From Phycisphaerae bacterium (lineage in GTDB: Bacteria; Planctomycetota; Phycisphaerae; SM23-33): DNA of 64,000 nucleotides. Below, piece after piece: positions 26,454 to 34,514 of the stretch. The position numbers were made by a program, and so were the translations under genes. The stretch is from assembly GCA_011050235.1 (NCBI GenBank), contig DRGC01000051.1:18333-82332 (forward strand), in the 5' to 3' direction. The notes beneath the pieces were generated by a model. The model was not told where the DNA came from, did no database searches, and was given only the letters and a program-made list of their open reading frames with translations. Within the stretch, counting starts at the first letter, position 1. Each line of letters opens with the position of its first letter.

Positions 26454-27569
26454 TTAGTACGTTCCGAACTCCTGGACCGTCTCGACCATGGCCTTGAGAT
26501 TATCCAGCTTGGTGTTGGCGGGCACTTCGTCGGCCGTCGCCAGAACGTATCCCCCGCCGGGCATGCCTTCGTCCAGGCAGCGGCGGGCCTCGCGACGCGC
26601 GTCGTCCGCCGAACCGAACGCCAGGACGAGGCAATCGAAGTTGCCCATCAGGCACATGGTGCCGCCGTAGAGCTTCTTGGCCTCGGCCAGCGTGATGTTG
26701 CCTTCGTTGGGCTCGAAGGTCTCCACGAAGTGCACGCCGGCGTCGGCGAACATGGGCAGGTACTCGCGGATCGGCCCGAGCGTGTACAGGCCCGCGTACT
26801 TGCCCGGCGCCTGGCGGACCTTATCCATCATCAGAACGATGTCGGGCAGGACCCATTTTTCGAGCCACGCCGGCGACAGTTGCGAGCCGGTCGCCCAGCA
26901 CACGTCCAGCCACGCCACTTCGGTCTGGGAGGCGCAGAAAGCGTCGACGTGCCGGGCGACTCGCACGCGCTCCAGGTCGAACAGCTCGCCCATCAGGTCG
27001 GGCTCGTCGAACAGGTCCAGCATGAGCCCCTGCATGCTGCGATTGTTGCCCAGGATCGCGTAGCCGCACACCATGCCCACGCCGGCCATCCCGTCATCGC
27101 CCATGAAGGCCAGTGCTTCGTTGAGCATCGAGTAGTCCGGCTCGCCGGCCCCGGCGATGTGCTTTTCGAGCAGGTCCATGTAGGCCAGCCAGTCATCGCG
27201 GTCCTTGATGGGGTAGTCGACCATCTTGCCCACCAACGGGTCGTCAGGGATCATGCCCCAGACGTTCTTGCCCGTCATGGTGCGGCCTGGTGTGCGAATG
27301 ACGAGGTCGCTTTCGAAACCGCCGCCCGCTCGCGGGCGATCCTCACCGCTCTCGTAGGCGTAGCCGTCCGGCAAGGTCACGGGAATGTCGATCCCGAGCG
27401 GCCCGCGGTGGTAGCACGAGCCAATCATCTGATGGACCTCGAAGATCGCCTTCCAATCGCTACGGCCGAGCGTCTTATGTGCGAACCGCCCGTGAATCAG
27501 CGGCGCCACAGGCACCACATCCGGCTGCTCCCCACGAACGGCCGCCAGGAACGCTTCCTTCTTGGTCAC
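26454..27569 (-). CDS. URO-D-like family protein (second copy)
   Basis: GTG start at 27567-27569 with AAGGA about 7 nt upstream. The ORF-track N-terminal 50 aa translate the structured repeat and were removed. Confidence 0.7.
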   Translation of the reverse strand: MTKKEAFLAAVRGEQPDVVPVAPLIHGRFAHKTLGRSDWKAIFEVHQMIGSCYHRGPLGIDIPVTLPDGYAYESGEDRPRAGGGFESDLVIRTPGRTMTGKNVWGMIPDDPLVGKMVDYPIKDRDDWLAYMDLLEKHIAGAGEPDYSMLNEALAFMGDDGMAGVGMVCGYAILGNNRSMQGLMLDLFDEPDLMGELFDLERVRVARHVDAFCASQTEVAWLDVCWATGSQLSPAWLEKWVLPDIVLMMDKVRQAPGKYAGLYTLGPIREYLPMFADAGVHFVETFEPNEGNITLAEAKKLYGGTMCLMGNFDCLVLAFGSADDARREARRCLDEGMPGGGYVLATADEVPANTKLDNLKAMVETVQEFGTY

Positions 27570-27589
27570 GGCACGTCCTTTCGATGCTC

Positions 27590-27790
27590 GGGCCCCGAAG
27601 GGGTCCAAGTCAGTAGCCGGGGGCGTCAGCCCCCGGACCAAGTGGCCCGGCTCGATGAGCCCCGACGGGGCGACAGTAGGGCCAGTCTGCTGCGTCACTG
27701 TCGCCCCTTCGGGGCTCACCTCTATTGTGCATCCTCCTCCGGCGGCTTACGCCGCCGGCTACTCACTATCGGCCCTTCGGGCCTACACCG
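27590..27790. repeat. Multi-hairpin structured intergenic element, copy B (homologous to 2770..3035)
   Basis: tagccgggggcgtcagcccccgga; gagccccgacggggcgacag...ctgtcgccccttcggggct; ccggcggcttacgccgccgg; cggcccttcgggcc. Same order as copy A. Stem sequences differ but pairing is preserved (ccggggcc/ggccccgg versus ccggcggc/gccgccgg). Confidence 0.7.
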
Positions 27791-30197
27791 GCTGGACCTC
27801 GTAGCTGCCGCCGGAGGCGGTGTCGAAGCAAATCACGCCGTCTTCCACATCGGCCGGGACGGGTTTGCCGTCGGCGTCGATGACCTTGGCGTCGCCGTCG
27901 AACGGATTGACCAATCGGCATCGCTTGCCGACTTCGGATTCGATGGCGACCGGGCCGGTCTTGCCGCCGGTTTGGGCGGCGCTGACCAGGAACGCACCCT
28001 CGGCGCGGAAGGTCTTGAACGCACAGTTCAGCTTCTTCGGCCAGGCCGGGAACACGCGGATGCTGCCGTCCCAGCTCTGGAGCATCATCTCGATCAGGGG
28101 CATGATCATGCCCGTGCCCTCGACGTACAGGCCGCAGTAGCCCATGTCGTCGGAGCCCATCCCGCGGCACGTGCCATTGCGCTGCAACTCGCGGCGGAGG
28201 GTCTCGCGGATGCCGTCGATGGCCTTGTCCGGCTCGATCTGCCCGCCGCGAATGCACGACGTCCACGGCCGCGGCGTCCCGCCCGTGCCGCCGGCCCAGT
28301 TGCCGCTCCGCTCGCCGGTGGTCATCAGCTTCAACGTGTGTTCCGACGTCCCCTCCCCGTTGGGCCGGTTGAACTCAGGGAAGTTCAGGTCCAGCCAGGC
28401 CCGCTCGGCGTCGCTAAAGCCGGACAAATCCACCCCCGCCGGCTCGGCGAGGTTGGCGACGATCTCGGTCCACTGGGCCCGCAGGTCTTCATCCACACCC
28501 AGAATCTCAGCCGCCTTGGTCGCGTACTGCAGGCAGTAGCGCGTGTGCCGGATGACCTGTGGCTTGTCGAGGTAGGTCTCGATCTTGCCGGTGAAGTGGC
28601 TCTCGCCCTGGGGTGAGGGGAACGCGTGGTAGAGGCCGTCATCCCATTTCTGCAGCGTGTCGGTGTAGAACAGCGCCGCGTCGCGGATGACGGGATACGC
28701 CTCGTCGGCCAGCCACTGCTCGTCCTGCGTGTAGAGGTACCGCCACCACCAGTAGCTGGCGACCCAGCCGGTCATGTAGCTCATCCGGCAGATGCCGCCC
28801 GTGCCGTAAGGATCCTCGAAGTACGGGAACGGATAGCCCAGCAGGTGGATGAACGTGCCGCGAGCGTTCCAGTATTTCTTCGCGAACAGGCGGCCGGCTT
28901 CGACCATGTGCTTCATGCCGACGAAGAACGAGTCGGCCATCCCCACGTGGTTGCTGGCCAAGTTGCCCCAGAACGGCTGCTGGTAGTTGTAGTTCGTGTG
29001 GTAGTCGCCGTGCCACAGCGAGTAGTCCTGCACGGTCGAGGGGAACGCCAGCCCCGGGGCCACCACATCCGCCCGATACGCGCAGCGGCGGGCGTGGAGG
29101 ATGCCGTACCACATTTTTTCAATGAGCGGGTCGTCGATCTCGACAGCCGAGCGACTCCAGAAATCCGTCGCGTCGGCGTGGGTATCCTGCCGCCACTGGG
29201 CCAGCATGCCGGGCAGGTCGTCGGCCAACATGCCCGTGATGCGGTTGAGCTCCGCCTTCAGGCCACCGTCGTCGCTGCTGGCGGGCACGGCGATCGCCAA
29301 CCAACCTTCGGGCACGTCTTCGTCTTTCTTGCGCAGATGGATCACGCCGTCGCCCTTGCTGAACGGGCCTTGCGGCTCGATGTTCAGCCCCGTTACGTAG
29401 GGCACGAGGGCGTAGCAGTAGCCGTTGGGGAACTCGATATCCGGGTGGAACAGTTGCTCGATGGCCATGCGGCCTTCGACTTCGAGCACAGCCGGCGGCG
29501 GCAGGGGCGTGACCTTGGGCGATTTGATCGCCCCTTCCCACATCCAGTAGCCGGTCTTGATCTCGTATTCGCAGGCGAAGTCCTCGACGTCCGGGTCCGC
29601 CCAGCGACGCAGCACGAAGCGAATGGGCGGCTGCGAGCGGGAGCGTGTCTCGTTGGTGAGATTCTCCACCTGCCAGCGGACCACCAGCGCGTTGGTATGC
29701 GGCGGGATAAAGCACGTGAAGCGATACGTCAGGCCGCTCTCCCACGTCAGCTCGATGACGGCTTCGCCCTTCTCGATGAGGACCTTCTGCGAGATCTTCT
29801 CGTCAAGCTGATCGATCGGCAGCCGGACCATCAACTCGCCGACGGGCTTGGGGCACGGGTATGGCCGATTGCCATAGCCCGGCGCGCCGCGGACCAACTC
29901 GTGCATCCGTTTCTCGTCAGCCGGCTCGCCCTTGGTCGCTCGGGCCTTGGCGCGATCGTCGGCGGTGTAACGCTCGGACACCCAGCCTTCATCCCGAATG
30001 CCGCGGATGAGTTCCTCGATGTGAGCGGGCTCGGCGTCGTCGGACGTATCCAGCCGCCGATCCCACACATCGTTCTTCCCAAACCGCCAGATGATGGTGT
30101 TGGCCCGCTGGTAGATGCTGACCGACAGGTCGCCGTTACCCAGCAACAGCCCTTCCTCCGGCTCGAACACCATGTGATCAATTTCAATCGTGTGCAT
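27783..30197 (-). CDS. Putative large glycoside hydrolase (alpha/alpha-toroid type; family uncertain)
   Basis: 804 aa. Domain organisation and aromatic-rich core (YWWWRYLYTQDEQWLADEAYPVIRDAALFY) resemble six-hairpin glycosidases. No family-defining motif could be confirmed without a search. Confidence 0.5.
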   Translation of the reverse strand: MHTIEIDHMVFEPEEGLLLGNGDLSVSIYQRANTIIWRFGKNDVWDRRLDTSDDAEPAHIEELIRGIRDEGWVSERYTADDRAKARATKGEPADEKRMHELVRGAPGYGNRPYPCPKPVGELMVRLPIDQLDEKISQKVLIEKGEAVIELTWESGLTYRFTCFIPPHTNALVVRWQVENLTNETRSRSQPPIRFVLRRWADPDVEDFACEYEIKTGYWMWEGAIKSPKVTPLPPPAVLEVEGRMAIEQLFHPDIEFPNGYCYALVPYVTGLNIEPQGPFSKGDGVIHLRKKDEDVPEGWLAIAVPASSDDGGLKAELNRITGMLADDLPGMLAQWRQDTHADATDFWSRSAVEIDDPLIEKMWYGILHARRCAYRADVVAPGLAFPSTVQDYSLWHGDYHTNYNYQQPFWGNLASNHVGMADSFFVGMKHMVEAGRLFAKKYWNARGTFIHLLGYPFPYFEDPYGTGGICRMSYMTGWVASYWWWRYLYTQDEQWLADEAYPVIRDAALFYTDTLQKWDDGLYHAFPSPQGESHFTGKIETYLDKPQVIRHTRYCLQYATKAAEILGVDEDLRAQWTEIVANLAEPAGVDLSGFSDAERAWLDLNFPEFNRPNGEGTSEHTLKLMTTGERSGNWAGGTGGTPRPWTSCIRGGQIEPDKAIDGIRETLRRELQRNGTCRGMGSDDMGYCGLYVEGTGMIMPLIEMMLQSWDGSIRVFPAWPKKLNCAFKTFRAEGAFLVSAAQTGGKTGPVAIESEVGKRCRLVNPFDGDAKVIDADGKPVPADVEDGVICFDTASGGSYEVQPV

Positions 30198-30606
30198 CGG
30201 GCGCCTTTCTGTTCCGGCGACAACTCGCTTACCAGCCTGAAGGGCTGGAATTCGTCAGCCCAGGGCGACGCCCTGGGGAAGCGGCAATCCTACAAACCCC
30301 GACCAAGCCCTGAAAGGGCGAAATGGAGCCCGTCACGGCCAATCCGCTCGTCGAGGGAAGTATAAGGCGGCCCCGCAGGCATACAAGGGCCTTGCCAGCG
30401 GCGCGGCCTGGCGAGAAATGTCCATATTCTGACATAGTTCGCCGAATACGCCCGCCGCCGGTTGCGTCGGTGATATGGAAGGCGGGCGAGTATTCTCCCC
30501 CGCAAAATGCGGCCGCATCTTGCGGCCGCCTCTTGTGGTCGCCCCAGGCTGCCGGTACATTCTTCGGAGCAACTCAACCGGTAGTCGCGGGAAAGGAGCA
30601 TGAACC

Positions 30607-31254
30607 ATGAATGAGTGGTGGAACAGCCTGGACGCCCTCAACAAAGCGTTCTACATGGGCGCGGGATTCTTCTCGCTGATCTTGCTTTGGCAGTTCCTCA
30701 CCTCGCTGATCGGCATGGGGGGCGATGGGGCCGACATCGACGTGGATGCCGACATGGATATCGACGGCCTGGACCTGGACAACATCGAGGCCGGCGCCAT
30801 CGAGGAGGCCGGCGAGACCATCGCCGCCTTCAAGGTCCTCAGCCTTCGTGCGATCCTGGCCTTCTGCACGCTGTTCTGCTGGGCGGCGGCGCTCTACCTC
30901 GACCGTGACCTGGCGAGGTCCAGGGCCTTGGTTTACGCCTTCTTCTGGGGCCTGGCCGGCTGGGCCGTTGTCGCCGCGCTGGTGTACGGCATTCGGCGGC
31001 TGGCCGAAAGCGGCAACCTGCGGCTGGCGACCTGCGTCGGCACGCGCGGCACGGTGTACCTGAATATTCCCGAGCAGGGGGAAGGGCGAATCCGGATAAC
31101 CGTCAGCGGCGTCGTCTCGCGGGTCAAGGCCCGCTCCATAGACGGCGGGGCCATCCAGTCCGGCGTACCCGTCCGCGTGGCTCGGACCCTCGACGCTAAC
31201 ACAGTTGAAGTTGAAGCCATCCCAGTACGGGATGAACAGAAAGGGAGTGAATGA
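30607..31254 (+). CDS. NfeD-family membrane protein (OB-fold C-terminus), flotillin partner
   Basis: N-terminal TM helices and a C-terminal beta-rich segment (GTVYLNIPEQGEGRIRITVSGVVSRVKARS). The stop overlaps the flotillin start (ATGA). Confidence 0.7.
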   Translation: MNEWWNSLDALNKAFYMGAGFFSLILLWQFLTSLIGMGGDGADIDVDADMDIDGLDLDNIEAGAIEEAGETIAAFKVLSLRAILAFCTLFCWAAALYLDRDLARSRALVYAFFWGLAGWAVVAALVYGIRRLAESGNLRLATCVGTRGTVYLNIPEQGEGRIRITVSGVVSRVKARSIDGGAIQSGVPVRVARTLDANTVEVEAIPVRDEQKGSE

Positions 31255-32747
31255 TGACCGATTTTCTAGCTGCAGCCGCCCGGGTGGCCGCAACCAAGCC
31301 CGACGACGACTTGACGACGACCGTCATCCTGGTCCTGCTATTGGCAGGCATCGGGCTGGGCGTGATGATGATGTTCTTCAGCCGCTACAAGCGGTGCCCG
31401 TCCAACCGGATCCTGGTGATCTACGGCAAGACCGGCCGCGGGGCCGCCAAGTGCATCCACGGCGGGGCGGCGTTCGTCTGGCCGTTGATCCAGGCGTACG
31501 ACTATCTCGACCTCGAGCCGTTCGTCCTGCCCATTGATCTATCCAGCGCGCTCTCGCAGGAGAACATCCGCGTGACCGTGCCGACCACCGTCACCGCGGC
31601 GGTGTCCAACCAGCCCGGCGTCATGGAAAACGCCGCCATCCGCCTGCTGGGCCTGTCACGACAGCAGATCCAGGACCAGGCTCAGGACATTATCCTCGGC
31701 CAGATGCGTGCCGTCATCGCCACGATGAAAATCGAAGAGATCAACATCGACCGGCAGGCGTTCCTCGCCAAGGTCAATGACGCGGTCTCCGGCGAGTTGG
31801 AGAAGATCGGCCTGTCGCTGATCAACGTCAACATTCGCGATATCGACGACGAGTCCGGCTACATCAAGGCCATCGGCCGAAAGGCCGCCGCCGAAGCCAT
31901 CAACCAGGCGAACATCGACGTCGCCGAGCAGGAAAAGCTCGGCAAGACCGGTGTCGCCGAACGCGAGCGCGACGCCCGCGTCGCTGTCGCCGCCGCCAAT
32001 GCCGCCGCCCAGATCGGCGAGGCCACCGCCGACCGCGACAAGCGTCAGGACGTGGCGAGCCTCGATGCCGAGGCCGTCAACGGCGAGACCGAAGCCAACG
32101 CCCACAAGGCCGGCTATCGCGCCATGCAAAAGGTGGCCGAGGAAGAGGCCCGTGATCGCAGTGAATCGGCCGCCCGTCAGGCCGACGGCGCCATTCGCGT
32201 CGCCCAGGAAGTGGCCGAGAAGACGGCCGAAGAAGCCCGCGCCGATCGCGAGGCCGCCCGCCTCAACGCCGAAATCGTCGTGCCCGCCAACGCCAACCGC
32301 GAGAAGGTCGTCATCGCCGCCGACGCCCGCAAGCAGGAATCCATCCGCGTCGCCGAAGGTCAGGCCGCCGCGTTGCTGGCCAAGATGACGGCCGAGGGAA
32401 AAGGCGTCCAGGCCATCCTCGACGGCAAGGCCGAAGGCTATCAGCGACTGGTCGCTGCCTGTGCGACGGCCCAGCAGGCCGCATCGCTGCTGCTGATCGA
32501 GAAACTCACCGAGGTCGCCGGCATCCAGGCCCAGGCCATCCAGGACCTGCCCATCGAGAAGATCATCGTCTGGGACGGCGGTTCGGGCGGCGACGGCGAA
32601 GGCGGCATGGCCGGCCTAGGCCGACGCCTCATGGGCGCCCTGCCCCCGATGCACGAACTGGCCAAACAGGTCGGCCTCGACCTGCCCGACTTCCTCGGCA
32701 AACTCGCCAACGAAGCCAAGACCAAGCAGGCAGAAGAACAGAAGTAA
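31251..32747 (+). CDS. Flotillin / SPFH (band 7) domain protein
   Basis: N-terminal TM, an SPFH core, and a long Ala/Glu-rich coiled-coil flotillin region (EAINQANIDVAEQEKLGKTGVAERERDARVAVAAANAAAQ...). Confidence 0.85.
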   Translation: MMTDFLAAAARVAATKPDDDLTTTVILVLLLAGIGLGVMMMFFSRYKRCPSNRILVIYGKTGRGAAKCIHGGAAFVWPLIQAYDYLDLEPFVLPIDLSSALSQENIRVTVPTTVTAAVSNQPGVMENAAIRLLGLSRQQIQDQAQDIILGQMRAVIATMKIEEINIDRQAFLAKVNDAVSGELEKIGLSLINVNIRDIDDESGYIKAIGRKAAAEAINQANIDVAEQEKLGKTGVAERERDARVAVAAANAAAQIGEATADRDKRQDVASLDAEAVNGETEANAHKAGYRAMQKVAEEEARDRSESAARQADGAIRVAQEVAEKTAEEARADREAARLNAEIVVPANANREKVVIAADARKQESIRVAEGQAAALLAKMTAEGKGVQAILDGKAEGYQRLVAACATAQQAASLLLIEKLTEVAGIQAQAIQDLPIEKIIVWDGGSGGDGEGGMAGLGRRLMGALPPMHELAKQVGLDLPDFLGKLANEAKTKQAEEQK

Positions 32748-32780
32748 AGATCACCACAAAGAGCACAAAGAACACATTAG

Positions 32781-32819
32781 CGCGGTGGGTCTCCCAGCCC
32801 ACCGCGTTTCTTTGCGCAC
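32781..32819 (+). terminator. Rho-independent terminator after the flotillin gene
   Basis: Hairpin gcggtgggtctcccagcccaccgc followed by gtttctttg. Confidence 0.5.
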
Positions 32820-33046
32820 TTGCACCGCCCCCACCCCTTATCCGTGTAACGCACTGACTCCAGCCACTTGCCGATGCTTCCGTCGATTTGTTTCAGGTGG
32901 CATCCGCCGCAATCCTTGCCTCGCTCGGATCGGCGACCGTCATAAGACAAGGGGCCCCTCGACGTCGCTCGCCAGGGCTGGTTTAGCCCGCTTCATGCTA
33001 ATTGCCGCCACGTCGAGAGCCCAAACACACCCGAAGCTCTTGCACA

Positions 33047-33811
33047 CTAGATGTTGAATCGCGAGTAGATATTGAGGATGAGCACCTCTATATGGCCTGC
33101 CACTCGATTCTCACCAAGTTTAAGCGAGCTTGGATGGCCACAGCCATTCCGAAGCTTCAGACAATTCTGAAGCTCCTGCTTAACGTTCTTGCCAATAACT
33201 GAGATGCTCTGGAGCACGTCAAGAAACCCACTTTCCTTCATCATTCCCAGGTCATCAGTCGTCTTCGCCTGCTTCCACTTGGGGTTCCTTCTCAACGCTT
33301 CCTTGTTGAACGCGGCCAGGGAGTTGGCCACAACATGAGCGTGCAACAGGGCAATGGCCCCAACCCAAGAAAACACCACAGATGCGCGAAACAAGCCAGC
33401 TTCAAGACAGGCCATCGCTTCTTCTACGAACTCTCGCACGTTCGGATCTCTTAGCTTCCCAAGCTCGGAACGAAGACTTGTGGCCACGCTGACGACGCGC
33501 GGGGCTTTCGTCCCCGCCCTGATAGACCGGACATGGGCGCTACCAGTATCAGTCAACTCCCATCCGAGATCTGTCCGCCTGCAAAGCCCTTTCGCGGCGT
33601 CAAGCAATTGCGAAATGTTCCACTTGCTGGCCCGGCGGACGCCCGCTTTGACCGCCAACTCCCTTATCTTCTTCACCGCTTTCGGTGAACCTCGCCCTTC
33701 GTCCAAACAAACGAGGAGTACCTGAGTCTTGGTCAGGCCCGGACGGTGAACAACGTCCTTCAGGAGAGAGCTACTTGCCAAGGGCTTTCTCCAGGCTGTT
33801 CTTCTCCTCAT
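33047..33811 (-). CDS. HEPN-like domain protein (C-terminal Rx4H motif); candidate toxin/abortive-infection nuclease
   Basis: 254 aa encoded in a ~53% GC segment. C-terminal LKLRNGCGHPSSL has R-x4-H as in HEPN RNases (Apea/DUF4145-like). Overlaps the upstream gene by about 41 nt. Confidence 0.55.
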   Translation of the reverse strand: MRRRTAWRKPLASSSLLKDVVHRPGLTKTQVLLVCLDEGRGSPKAVKKIRELAVKAGVRRASKWNISQLLDAAKGLCRRTDLGWELTDTGSAHVRSIRAGTKAPRVVSVATSLRSELGKLRDPNVREFVEEAMACLEAGLFRASVVFSWVGAIALLHAHVVANSLAAFNKEALRRNPKWKQAKTTDDLGMMKESGFLDVLQSISVIGKNVKQELQNCLKLRNGCGHPSSLKLGENRVAGHIEVLILNIYSRFNI

Positions 33812-34250
33812 CACTCAGCGCGTATTCGTCTTTGCTTGTCTCAAGAAGCTTCTGGCTGCCCACCAGGGTCCCAAGCATCTTGCTGAGGTTGCCGGAGTGT
33901 GTCTGCTTGTAGTAGTGCGTCGCCGTCTTCATCTTGTTCAGAAGATCCGATCGAGAGAAGCTCTTCTTCCCGGCAACAAATGTGAGGTGCGCCGCCGCGG
34001 CAATGACCAATTCCGGCCCCTTCTTACAGTTCAGCTTGCCAGCAATTGTCCCAGTCGTGCCCTTTATTGGCCCCTTTCCCAACGCGTTGTCATCAGCATC
34101 AGGATCATCAGGAGACACCAGCACACCCATTTCCGCAGTTAGATTCGCGACCTTGACAAGAAGCTCCGCCAGGTCCTTCTTCAGAAAGGTCTCTGGTCCC
34201 TCATATTCGACCTGCACAGGCCCCATCTGGATTCGCACTTTGCACTGCAT
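33771..34250 (-). CDS. Hypothetical Lys-rich 159-aa protein, first gene of the low-GC two-gene island
   Basis: Low-GC coding sequence with no recognisable motif. Forms an overlapping operon with the HEPN-like gene. Confidence 0.5.
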   Translation of the reverse strand: MQCKVRIQMGPVQVEYEGPETFLKKDLAELLVKVANLTAEMGVLVSPDDPDADDNALGKGPIKGTTGTIAGKLNCKKGPELVIAAAAHLTFVAGKKSFSRSDLLNKMKTATHYYKQTHSGNLSKMLGTLVGSQKLLETSKDEYALSDEEKNSLEKALGK

Positions 34251-34514
34251 GAGAAATCTCCCTTCTAGGTCCGGCGACCCATCTTTCGTTATCTTACAGG
34301 TAAGATGTTACACAAGAAGCCCCTCCTGCAAAAGGGGCATTTCTCCTCTCCCGCCCCTCAGCGACCGCTGCGCCGGGCGACCACTCACACTCGCTCTTCT
34401 GCCACAACGTCCACGGCCTGTCGACCTGTGTCATCCAGCATTGATTCGCCGCGCCGTAGCCGTTACATTTCGTCCTCTCTTGCGGCTATCGGCCGAGAAA
34501 TCAAGGAGCAAATC

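Noticed and set aside
26730-30365. Long plus-strand ORFs 26730..28616 and 28626..30365
   Set aside because: Antisense to the URO-D-like and large GH genes; Arg/Gly/Ala-rich with no domain signatures.
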